This document shows positions 19,408 to 28,233 of a DNA stretch of 36,995 nucleotides, piece by piece; positions within the stretch are counted from its first letter, which is position 1, and each line of letters starts with the position of its first letter. The translations under genes were made by a program, and so were the position numbers. Origin of the DNA: Promethearchaeota archaeon (GTDB lineage: Archaea > Asgardarchaeota > Hermodarchaeia > Hermodarchaeales > Hermodarchaeaceae); NCBI GenBank assembly GCA_048938385.1, contig JBHLMG010000023.1, positions 1-36,995 of the forward strand, in the 5' to 3' direction. A model generated the notes under the pieces. It was not told the DNA's origin. It ran no database searches and was given only the letters and a program-made list of their open reading frames with translations.

Positions 19408-19965
19408 ATGAATCCTAAAGATGACCTTCCACAAGGAAAAGAAAATCTATTCTCAGGGCCACTTCTACCTGTGCTGTTTCTCCGACTCGTTGAAGCCTTA
19501 TCTTTTGAACACCAGGGACATCCAGCAGCTATTGAACAAGCACTACACGATTTAGGTAAAACGATGACCACCCCCCTTCTTGTAGAACTTGTTCGTCGAT
19601 ATGCAAAGCCTCATGAGGCCTTTATTCCTTCAAAACCGGAACTGTTTCTCAATCGAGTTGACGAATACCTTACCAAGAATTGGGAACTCGCCACAGGTTC
19701 ACCTCCTCAAGACTTGGAATTTACAGATGATCATACTCTGATTTTACGCACTTCGTCCTGCCCTATCTGTTCGTACGATGTTTTTGATGCTCACTTGAAT
19801 CTCCGCTATTGTGAACTTGTTTCCGGCATGCTAGAAGGGTTGTTACAGACTTGGATTGATAATCTTCAACTTCCGTACACCGCCCGAGTAACACAAACAG
19901 CTGGGCGTCTACAGGGTGATCCCTCGTGCGAGTTTAAGTTGCACTTTTCTGATGCAAACCCTTAA
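19408..19965 (+). CDS. V4R (HNOX/V4R/Bet3 superfamily) domain protein
   Basis: CPIC, YCELVSGMLEGLL and GDPSCEFKL motifs. Confidence 0.8.
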   Translation: MNPKDDLPQGKENLFSGPLLPVLFLRLVEALSFEHQGHPAAIEQALHDLGKTMTTPLLVELVRRYAKPHEAFIPSKPELFLNRVDEYLTKNWELATGSPPQDLEFTDDHTLILRTSSCPICSYDVFDAHLNLRYCELVSGMLEGLLQTWIDNLQLPYTARVTQTAGRLQGDPSCEFKLHFSDANP

Positions 19966-19979
19966 TCGCTTCAGAGCGA

Positions 19980-21812
19980 TTACTGAAGCCTGGTAGTTTT
20001 TTCAAGTGCGGGAATAACCCAATCCAACCCTTGCTCCTTTAGGCATCCCTTTGTTGGAATTCCCCGCTCATCCCACCCGCGTTTTGCATAATACCAAGAG
20101 AGGAGTTGGTCATATCCTTCTTTATCCAGTTTAGATCCTGCCAGAGGCCCCACAGTTAAGGGTTCTGTAAACCATCGTGCAGGAGGGTAGTCTAGAGAAC
20201 GGTCCCATTCACCATTATATTCACGCACCCAATAGGATCGTACCAAGGAATAGACCATATCTGCATGGGTCCAGAAATCATCGAGGGTCCATTTCAAACC
20301 AGTGGCTGCCGCGAAGTACTTGGGGTACCATTCTAAATTAAAACCTATTTCGATCCATGGAAATCGACACCCCACTAGTTGCTCAAATAAACCTCCTCGG
20401 ATGCGTTGTAATTCGATGATTTTGTCCACTTTACTCTCTTCGTAGGTTTCACGCCCTACATCTACCTCGTGGGTGATGACCCAGCTTTCCTTATGGTGGG
20501 CACCAATAGAGCATACACCAAAGGCAAGAGCCATTCCGGGTGCAGCATGGCAATCATAACCTGAGATTTCTAAACCTTTGATTTGCATAGCAAAATCTAA
20601 CGATCCTTTTCCGAGTTTAGCTGCAGCACTTTGTGTGCCATCTGCCAACATTGAGCCCAGACTCCCTTTTCGGAAGGCTATATCTGTAACGAGTTGGTGG
20701 GTAGCGGAAAAATCACCCCAATCGAGTTTTTCTCCAAGAATTCCTTTTTCCGATGCTTCCATGGCAAACGCAATAACCCCACCAAGCGAGATCGTATCGA
20801 GTCCATATTCGTCAGCTAGACGGTTTAAGGTAGCGACCTCACGAAGGTCGCGCATACCAATGTTTGATCCTAACAAAGCGATATTTTCATAGTCTAGCTC
20901 TGCTGATTTTCCTTCAGAGTCTTGAATACAATGTCCACATTGCATTGTACAAGAAGGACAACCACGGGTTTTGATTTTCATTTTTTCCATGGTGTCTCCG
21001 CTTAGAGCTTCAGCATGTTCGAATTGTCCTTCACGGAAGTTGTAACTGGGAAGCACACTGTACTCTTGACACCAAGAGTGAATCAACATCGTACCTTGCG
21101 TCATCCAATTGTCATAACCCGGCTTCTCTCTAATATCCTTGAAACCATCGCGCCCTAATTGGCGGAACGCTTCCGAATCAGCAAGTAGGGGAGTCGTTGA
21201 GCCTTTCGCGACTAAGGCTTTCACATTCTTTGAACCCAATACCGTTCCCATACCAGGACGGCCCCCTGATCTACCCATCATGGATCGCACGGTGGCGAAT
21301 TTTACTAGGTTCTCTCCACCCTGACCGATCATCAGAGTACCAATGTTCTTTCCATGTTCATCTTCTAGCTTCTGTTCTGCTTCGAATGCCCCTTTCCCCC
21401 AAAGTGAATCCGCATCTAGAATATTTACATCTGAATTTTCGATTAAAATATATGAGGGCGCTTTGGCTTTCCCTTCAATTACGACGAGATCATAACCTGA
21501 TCGGCGTAATTGGATTCCAAAATGAGTCCCAAGATTCCCATCACCGTAGCCACCAGTTAATGGGCTTTTTGCCGCGACAACTGTTTTACCAACATTAGGC
21601 ATAGATAAACCGGAAAGAGGTCCTGCCGCAGCAATGAATTTATTACCAGGTGATAAGGGATCTGTACCCTTTGGCACTTCATCCCAGAGAATCTTTACGG
21701 CCATACCACGACCGCCTATAAATTGGAGCGCAAAATCTTTCGAGTATTTCTCGACTCGAATCTCTTTCGTTGTTAAGTTCACGCGTAAAAACTGTCCAGT
21801 CCAACCTTTCAT
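19980..21812 (-). CDS. for: Tungsten-dependent aldehyde:ferredoxin oxidoreductase, FOR-like clade
   Basis: IGGRG, KSPLTGGYGDGNLGT, GRPGMG, CPSCTMQC, DEYGLDTIS, IGAHHKESW and LQRIRGGLFE, closely resembling Pyrococcus FOR as recalled. Confidence 0.92.
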   Translation of the reverse strand: MKGWTGQFLRVNLTTKEIRVEKYSKDFALQFIGGRGMAVKILWDEVPKGTDPLSPGNKFIAAAGPLSGLSMPNVGKTVVAAKSPLTGGYGDGNLGTHFGIQLRRSGYDLVVIEGKAKAPSYILIENSDVNILDADSLWGKGAFEAEQKLEDEHGKNIGTLMIGQGGENLVKFATVRSMMGRSGGRPGMGTVLGSKNVKALVAKGSTTPLLADSEAFRQLGRDGFKDIREKPGYDNWMTQGTMLIHSWCQEYSVLPSYNFREGQFEHAEALSGDTMEKMKIKTRGCPSCTMQCGHCIQDSEGKSAELDYENIALLGSNIGMRDLREVATLNRLADEYGLDTISLGGVIAFAMEASEKGILGEKLDWGDFSATHQLVTDIAFRKGSLGSMLADGTQSAAAKLGKGSLDFAMQIKGLEISGYDCHAAPGMALAFGVCSIGAHHKESWVITHEVDVGRETYEESKVDKIIELQRIRGGLFEQLVGCRFPWIEIGFNLEWYPKYFAAATGLKWTLDDFWTHADMVYSLVRSYWVREYNGEWDRSLDYPPARWFTEPLTVGPLAGSKLDKEGYDQLLSWYYAKRGWDERGIPTKGCLKEQGLDWVIPALEKTTRLQ

Positions 21813-21971
21813 CCATGACTCACCAAGTAGTGTATTCTATGTTGTTCCGTTGGTTCAACACAAATAACTTTCGCAGGTATACAGCTCTACTCAATAAGAG
21901 GATACTATTACCCAACGCCTCATTTTCATTCACGGTAAGCATTTATGAGACTGAACGACTAAGCTAACTCC

Positions 21972-22415
21972 ATGAGCTTAATCTCAACAGCCTGTGTCTT
22001 TTGTAAAATCGTGAACCAACAAATACCTGCGCATATTGTCTTTGAAAACCATGAAATTCTCTCATTTCTTGACATTCATCCAATCAACCCAGGTCACACA
22101 CTCATCATTCCAAAAGACCATGTGCCAAGCCTTGATAACCTCGATCCTAAACTAGCTGGACGAATGTTTCAAGTCGCTGGACGAATTGCTGCAGCCTTGC
22201 GTAAATCTAAGATACGATGTGAAGGTATTAATGTCTGGCTTGCTGATGGTAAGGCTGCATTCCAAGAGATACCCCATATCCACATTCATGTTATTCCTCG
22301 ATATGCTGGAGATGGACTCCGAATCCAAGCTGGCAAGGATTATGGAAAAACACCACCCCCTGATAAGCTAGAAAAACAAGCGCAGCAAATCCGTAATGCA
22401 CTAGATGCTCTTTAA
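21972..22415 (+). CDS. HIT family nucleotide hydrolase
   Basis: CVFCKIV, FLDIHP..PGHTLIIPK and HIHIHVIPR motifs. Confidence 0.95.
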   Translation: MSLISTACVFCKIVNQQIPAHIVFENHEILSFLDIHPINPGHTLIIPKDHVPSLDNLDPKLAGRMFQVAGRIAAALRKSKIRCEGINVWLADGKAAFQEIPHIHIHVIPRYAGDGLRIQAGKDYGKTPPPDKLEKQAQQIRNALDAL

Positions 22416-22498
22416 ATCAGGGTTCCTGCCCTGAAAAGAAGTCTCAAATAGTTGAAGTACACGATATTGAGAATACTTGACTGGATGTTTTGATTGTA

Positions 22499-24100
22499 AT
22501 GAAACTCCGAAGATTGGGTGGCTTTGTGCTTTCGTTTCTCATCATTGGGCTAGCAACACCGCTTTTTTATGAAGCACCTCACCCAATGCTATCAGTGGTT
22601 TCGCCTACTGCTTTAGGCGATCCTTGGAATACTCTATGGATGCGCTCCTCTAATGATTCTTACTCAGCTGTAACAACAAGCGTTGGTGCCGTCTTTGTAG
22701 CAGGTACTACATCTTCTTCTCTTGAAGTACATCCTCCAATTAACGATATTTTGCTTGTGAAATATGATCCAGAAGGAGAACCACAATGGAACCGAACATG
22801 GCAAACATCCTATGATAAAACCGTCAACGATCTTCTCGCTTCTGTAAATTCCTTGTATATAGCTGGGCAAACAGAAACTGAAGTTAATGGAACCAATGGT
22901 CTTCTGATTAAGCTTGATTTTGATGGAGGTGAACTCTGGAATGTATCATTTGGAGGGTCTCTTAACGAGGGTTTTACTTGCCTTGCTTTAGGAGCTGACG
23001 GAATCTATGTGGGGGGCTACTCTACAAATACTAGTAGTGGACAGACATCCGCGCTCGTCGTGAAGTTTAATTTTAATGGTTTTGTAGTATGGAACGAAAC
23101 TTGGTGCTTCCTTGATCCCATTACTCGCGCAACAGATATCGCCCTAGGATCTGATGGAGGTTATCTCGTCGGTGCGCTTGAACAAGTATGGGGTGTTATT
23201 CATGATCCATTTCTTCTCAAATTCTCTTTCACTGGGATAGAAATGTGGAATCTCACTAGCCTGTATGTTTCAAGCCAACGGTACTCAGGAATTACTGTAT
23301 TCAATGATACCGTTTATGTAACTGGCACTAGCTTTAGTTCTCTTGAGGATTCACCTGTACTCCTTCTGGAATTGTTTAATAGCTCTGGTGGGTCACTCTG
23401 GACCCAAGAGGATGAAATGGGACTTAATCACGAAGGATTTGGTCTTCATGTTTTAGAAGATGATGTGTTTGTGGGTGGAGTCTTTGAAGATCCTTCCGCT
23501 GGCTATCGGGTTAGTCTACTCCATTTCAATCAGACCGGTGAATTAAATTGGAAACGAATCTGGGGCGGTGCTGGAAATTGTCAGCCCTTTGCGTTCTCCT
23601 CGGCGGTTGATAGCTTATATTTCGCTGGAGCTACTAGTGGCTGGCTGACTCCCTCAACGAATGGATTCCTTGTAAAATTCAGCTTAGATGGAGCATCAGC
23701 TCCTGGACCCGTTGAACTCACCAAGATAACTCTCCTTAATCCTTACGGGTCTTTCATTGTACCTTGGACTCCCGCCTTCGATCCTGATGGTGTCATTGAG
23801 GATTATGAACTCCAAATGGATACAACTCCCCTCTTTGATCGACCTGACATTACTTGGATAATTAATGCAACAAGTCACATAATATACAACCGACCTATCG
23901 GAACTTACTATTTCCGAGTTCGGGCTCGCGACAACCAGGATCTATATGGTCCTTGGAGTAATGTCGCTATGGTAATAATTGAACTCGTTCCCCCAGTTTT
24001 GTTCAATCCATGGCTAGCCCCTGCTGTTCTTGCTTTAGGAATCTTAATTATTCTGGCTGGATTCCTGTTCACCATTATCCGTAGGGGTCGACTAGAATAA
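22499..24100 (+). CDS. Secreted, C-terminally anchored beta-propeller (SBBP-like) plus fibronectin type III surface protein
   Basis: Signal peptide; repeated Y/F-V-x-G...L-x-K-F/Y-x-x-x-G-x-x-x-W blades; YELQ..YYFRVRA..GPWS FnIII; C-terminal TM plus RRGR. Confidence 0.8.
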   Translation: MKLRRLGGFVLSFLIIGLATPLFYEAPHPMLSVVSPTALGDPWNTLWMRSSNDSYSAVTTSVGAVFVAGTTSSSLEVHPPINDILLVKYDPEGEPQWNRTWQTSYDKTVNDLLASVNSLYIAGQTETEVNGTNGLLIKLDFDGGELWNVSFGGSLNEGFTCLALGADGIYVGGYSTNTSSGQTSALVVKFNFNGFVVWNETWCFLDPITRATDIALGSDGGYLVGALEQVWGVIHDPFLLKFSFTGIEMWNLTSLYVSSQRYSGITVFNDTVYVTGTSFSSLEDSPVLLLELFNSSGGSLWTQEDEMGLNHEGFGLHVLEDDVFVGGVFEDPSAGYRVSLLHFNQTGELNWKRIWGGAGNCQPFAFSSAVDSLYFAGATSGWLTPSTNGFLVKFSLDGASAPGPVELTKITLLNPYGSFIVPWTPAFDPDGVIEDYELQMDTTPLFDRPDITWIINATSHIIYNRPIGTYYFRVRARDNQDLYGPWSNVAMVIIELVPPVLFNPWLAPAVLALGILIILAGFLFTIIRRGRLE

Positions 24101-24187
24101 TCAGATGTCGGGGAATGAGTGATACATTAAGAGACTTGTGGAAAAAAATTGTGTGCTACTACAGGTTCAAACCAAATTCTTGTGTTG

Positions 24188-24754
24188 TCATTCCCTTGAG
24201 GCTAGTCTTTTCTTTCGCCAAGGAATGATGAAAGGCACACTTTCACGATATTCATCATAGTTGTTTCCAAACCGTCGTAATAGTTCAATTTCTTCATACC
24301 CTAGCAAAGCGAGCTGAAGCGGTGTATAAATCAGTGCGACAATCAATAAGGGTACGAAATCAAATGTTAACGCGAAGGCGGGGGTTGCGAAGATAAAACC
24401 AAGCGTTTGAGGGTGACGACAAAAAGCGTAAGCCCCACTGGTAACGAGAATCGCTGTTCGCTTCGAATCACCAATCTCGCTCCCTTGTGCGCGGGAAAGA
24501 CCAAGTGAGGTTACCCCCCAGGTGATGAACATCACAGCTAAAATTAGCAGTACTTGTCCAATGATCAGTTGAACTAACCGCCATGGGAATAGAAGGCTCA
24601 TTCCTGGAAGGAACTGCCAAGGAATTTGAATTGAATACCAAGTTAAAACCAAGACGATAGCTAGGATTACGAAGTAGAGTATGTTGGGAAGAATCACGAT
24701 AATCAATCGTGATCCTAATCCTACGCGTGATGATTTTGCCAATTTAAACACCAA
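24188..24754 (-). CDS. Isoprenylcysteine carboxyl methyltransferase / PEMT family membrane protein
   Basis: LVTSGAYAFCRHPQ and EE..L..RFG..Y.EY...VP motifs. Confidence 0.88.
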   Translation of the reverse strand: MVFKLAKSSRVGLGSRLIIVILPNILYFVILAIVLVLTWYSIQIPWQFLPGMSLLFPWRLVQLIIGQVLLILAVMFITWGVTSLGLSRAQGSEIGDSKRTAILVTSGAYAFCRHPQTLGFIFATPAFALTFDFVPLLIVALIYTPLQLALLGYEEIELLRRFGNNYDEYRESVPFIIPWRKKRLASRE

Positions 24755-25067
24755 CTCCGTGAGTCCCTATATTTTTGGGCTCCATTAAGGCATACTCTGT
24801 TTCAGCACTCCTATAAAACTCTCCTCCCTCTAAATTGCTCGAACGGTCCTGAAAGGGGTGAAAGCCCAAAACTGAATGGAAAAAATCAGCCAGGCCTATC
24901 TTTCGCCTGTTCTTACTTAGAAAAAGTATACATGTGCTGCCTCATTTTACACCCTGAATATGTCAGGTAAGTTAATCATCAAGGTGTCTCTCTTCTTCCA
25001 CTCTCCTGAGATGATAAAAAACAAGGGGATCATCGTGTTTTGGGAAAGCGTTCGCTGTCAAACTGAT

Positions 25068-25089
25068 TTTTGCACCTTTTAGTGCAAAA
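25068..25089. promoter_or_regulatory. Perfect 8-bp inverted repeat TTTTGCAC-N6-GTGCAAAA, candidate operator
   Basis: Read directly; further TTGCA sites at 25110 and 25123. Confidence 0.4.
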
Positions 25090-25205
25090 CTTAGCACAAG
25101 AAAGGGAAGTTGCAACCGCTTCTTGCACCCTCTAGCTCCCATCGAATAATATCTCGCCCAGAGGTATGGTACATTACCAAGCAATTGCTTGGAGGTGTAC
25201 AAAAA

Positions 25206-25334
25206 ATGGCGAAAAACAAGACAAAGAAAATCGCTCAAATGTCCACAGCAGAGCGGTTTGTAGCTGGATGCCGCAACCCTCGCGCATCCCCCCATCAGGA
25301 AAAGGCGATTATGATCGTTCTTTCACGACGCTAG
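25206..25334 (+). CDS. Putative 42-aa basic small protein (MAKNKTKKIAQ...)
   Basis: Strong SD GGAGGTG at 25191-25197 followed by an A-rich spacer and ATG; no recognisable family. Confidence 0.4.
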   Translation: MAKNKTKKIAQMSTAERFVAGCRNPRASPHQEKAIMIVLSRR

Positions 25335-25608
25335 AAACAACTAGCGCGCAAGCGAGGAGGGAGTTATCTCACGATGACTATCACGCGGGTCTTCCAGAAA
25401 CATCGGGCGGGGTTCCCAGGTTTGTTCTCCAATATGACACGAGGAGGGAGTGCCGAACATGTTGCCATCCAATGGAACCCGTCAACTCTGGAAGATCCGT
25501 CCTTCCACTTAGGACGAAGACATTCTTTTATTGAGGGGTGCAGGGGAATCCGCTTGGTTAAGCCCTAGGCGCCTGGGAGAGGGGCTAGGGCTTAGCCTTC
25601 ATTTTTTT
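25266..25608 (+). ncRNA. Candidate structured RNA or structured 3' UTR, family unknown
   Basis: Series of stems with G-U pairs on the + strand, including 14 bp (25385-25398/25487-25500) and 13 bp (25556-25568/25585-25597). Confidence 0.4.
25556..25608 (+). terminator. Hairpin plus T7 tract, terminator-like
   Basis: GGTTAAGCCCTAG/CTAGGGCTTAGCC stem followed by TTCATTTTTTT. Confidence 0.6.
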
Positions 25609-25635
25609 ATAAATAACTAATGTTACTCATTCAAG

Positions 25636-26601
25636 TTATTTTTGAAGCGCTTTCAATTTTTCTTCAAAGAAACTGTCAAATAAACCTGGATATCGCTTTG
25701 TTGGGTAGCCATATAGTGCCTGGGTAGAGGTTATTCCGGGTATTTGTCGCATTGCAGTTAGGATGATATTCCCATCGCGCATGTGTTCCACAACAAACAC
25801 ACAGAAGAGAATTGGTTCAAAGGCTGAGGTATAAGCATAAAAAAACGCAAAGGGGTACTGCTCTCGGAGGTTTTCAACGATTTTTCCACGAGTCTCTGCT
25901 CCTCCTTCGTGGTGTATACGAATGATAAAGGCAGTATAACCTCCGGCGTTCAAATCTCTGACGACTTGAAAATAAAAACAAGCTTGTTTGGTTCGTAGAT
26001 CCCCGGGGGTTTTTTGACTTAGGTAAGTCTCAGGTTCAGCTCCTCCCGGTGAAAATTCTTCCAATAAAATACGAACGCGACGAGGTGTTAAACCTGAACA
26101 GCGTGAAAGATCGGATATAGACATTCGGACATCTTCAAGGAGGCATCGAAGTAGCTTTAGATGCATTGTTTTGAGCTCACATCTACCTCCCTTCTCAGCA
26201 AGAAGGGTATGGAATTCAACATCGGTCACACTTTCCACGCGTCGAAGGTAACTTCCTAATTCATCCAGCTCCGCTGTGCTTCGATAGTGATTAAACAAAA
26301 GGATATCACCATTCGTAAGAATGCTACCAGCATAGATGAGGGGGTGTTTCCCAATGTTATCAAGAATTTCGTTATCGAAAGTTGGTTCTTTTGTTTTCAA
26401 AAGGGCTAGACTCGTCTCTGCATCCATCATTGATAGGCTTGGATAAATCTGATAACCTTGAATAATCCCAATTTCTGTCAACTTGGCTATTCGTTTCTTC
26501 ACTGCATTTACAGATAACTCGAGCTTATTAGCAACTGATTGCAGTGAACATCGACAATTAACTGCCAACTCCCATAAGATGCTCTTATCCACTATATCCA
26601 T
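25636..26601 (-). CDS. Duplicated Lrp/AsnC-type winged-helix transcriptional regulator
   Basis: MDIVDKSILWEL..NCR.S...A..L.LS..AVKKRI..L...G.I plus a second HTH (LLEDVRMSISDLS). Start moved to ATG 26601. Confidence 0.85.
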   Translation of the reverse strand: MDIVDKSILWELAVNCRCSLQSVANKLELSVNAVKKRIAKLTEIGIIQGYQIYPSLSMMDAETSLALLKTKEPTFDNEILDNIGKHPLIYAGSILTNGDILLFNHYRSTAELDELGSYLRRVESVTDVEFHTLLAEKGGRCELKTMHLKLLRCLLEDVRMSISDLSRCSGLTPRRVRILLEEFSPGGAEPETYLSQKTPGDLRTKQACFYFQVVRDLNAGGYTAFIIRIHHEGGAETRGKIVENLREQYPFAFFYAYTSAFEPILFCVFVVEHMRDGNIILTAMRQIPGITSTQALYGYPTKRYPGLFDSFFEEKLKALQK

Positions 26602-26859
26602 AACGCCCAACCACATCATTGGCATCAGGTGAAAGGCTTTACTCAGCGAGGAGGTCGAGATCACCACATAGGCTATACGAAGTACCCGAACCCACTCCTA
26701 CTAGTCTTATTAGAATAAAACTGGTTCGACAAAAGACTTGACGCACTTAATGCTACGAATGCTTGCGTTTTTTAGAAATAACCATTCAAATGTAAACATT
26801 CCACCTCCTCGTGTCGAATAAGAACGGGCTTGAATTGGGAAAAAGTTAGGATCCACTGT

Positions 26860-26958
26860 GGAATCATTGGTGGGGCAGCCATGCAAAAAGTGGCTGTCTA
26901 TGGGCTCATCATCTGGTCAGCATTCCAAGGCTACAAACTTCTCAAAGTGTTCAAATAA
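26860..26958 (+). pseudogene. Possible orphan 3' remnant of a membrane-protein gene
   Basis: Frame reads GIIGGAAMQKVAVYGLIIWSAFQGYKLLKVFK*, like a final TM helix, with no long upstream frame. Confidence 0.35.
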
Positions 26959-27013
26959 CCAACCATAATAATCAATGAACCAGGAAGTCTGAGTTCCAAA
27001 GTGAAGGAGCAGT

Positions 27014-27478
27014 TCATTTACTAATATTATGAACCTGAGCATCTGTAAGTCGTTGAACATCTTTGGGGCTCATTTCAAGAAGGGCATTAGTGGCTCCGCC
27101 ACCGCCTATCACTGTGGGAAATTCCATAGATAACGGATCAATATAAGTGATAAGAGCCTGTTTGTGTCCCACGGGTGGAACCGCGCCAATACTATAACCT
27201 GTAATTTGTATTACTTCGTCTGGGGTAGCTCGCCGAACGAAAGGAACTTGCCTGATTTGGCTAAGTTTTTTTTCGCTCACACGCCTGTTACCCGGTACAA
27301 TTGCTAATATTGGATGGCCTTTAGCGTCTATGAATATCATACTTTTAATGATTTGAGCGGAACTAATTCCTAATTGATTGACTGCGGCTGCTACTGTCAT
27401 GGTGTGTTCACTGAAATGATGGAATGTTCCTTGAACTCCTTGCTTTTTGAGGTACTCCTCCAATTCGGTAATCGACAT
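27014..27478 (-). CDS. YbaK/EbsC aminoacyl-tRNA deacylase family
   Basis: QIIKSMIF, ITGYSIGAVPPVG and GGG motifs. Confidence 0.92.
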   Translation of the reverse strand: MSITELEEYLKKQGVQGTFHHFSEHTMTVAAAVNQLGISSAQIIKSMIFIDAKGHPILAIVPGNRRVSEKKLSQIRQVPFVRRATPDEVIQITGYSIGAVPPVGHKQALITYIDPLSMEFPTVIGGGGATNALLEMSPKDVQRLTDAQVHNISK

Positions 27479-27534
27479 CAAACGGGTTCAACCCCAGTGC
27501 CCTTGAACTACTTCATTATATTTTAGGCCACATG

Positions 27535-28107
27535 TCAACGGGTCTGTGTTGGGGGTTTCTCTTTAAGTTGTTTGAAGATTTTTGCCTCGACTGCCAGGAG
27601 CTTTTCTCGAATCGGATCTTCAAGGGTTTTGATAAGATCCGTGCGGCATTGGGTGATAAATTGAGGCGATCTTGCGTCATGACTTAAATCCGCTTTTTCT
27701 ACCTTGCGTTTCCCCATTCCAAGTCGAGATGCTAATCGACGAACAGCGCCTGGTTCGGTTCCACCCATTAGCTCAATGACATCGATATCTGCAAATCGGA
27801 AAAGTCCTTCTTTTTCCGCAAGGTGTCGTAACGAATTGGGCAGTTCTGTAATAGGACGGTATTCAAGCCCTACCATCCATTTTTTCACTTGAATTGGTTT
27901 CACATATGTTTCAAATGAAATTCGTAACGCACGAACCCAAGAGCCACCAACAGCTTGTGCGCGAACCCAATCTTGTTTAACAGTTTTGGCATCACCTATT
28001 GATTCCATGACGAGAAGAATCCGTTTGCCATTTTCCTCATAGTACCCAAGAGCGTCGTAACATTCTACTTGGATGAGAAATGTTTGTTCTTCAACTGCCA
28101 CAGCCAT
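27535..28107 (-). CDS. Hypothetical protein
   Basis: 190-aa ORF with an upstream AGGAG SD; no family recognised. Confidence 0.7.
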   Translation of the reverse strand: MAVAVEEQTFLIQVECYDALGYYEENGKRILLVMESIGDAKTVKQDWVRAQAVGGSWVRALRISFETYVKPIQVKKWMVGLEYRPITELPNSLRHLAEKEGLFRFADIDVIELMGGTEPGAVRRLASRLGMGKRKVEKADLSHDARSPQFITQCRTDLIKTLEDPIREKLLAVEAKIFKQLKEKPPTQTR

Positions 28108-28233
28108 CGCTCCTGAATCTTTGAATCGTTCTCTGATTGGTCACTGTCCACAACAATTAAGAGATTTAAACTGGCTGAACTATTTAATCTTCATTCTTTC
28201 AAGTCGTTTGAGGTTATAATTGTGGTGTTTTAG

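Noticed and set aside
24972-25295. 107-aa minus-strand ORF
   Set aside because: No SD or motif; SD, G-U pairing and terminator evidence favour the + strand.
25266-25608. SRP RNA, RNase P RNA, cobalamin riboswitch or group II intron identity
   Set aside because: No SRP helix-8 motif, no RNase P conserved regions I/V, only a GGGAATCCG fragment without a B12 box, and no domain V.
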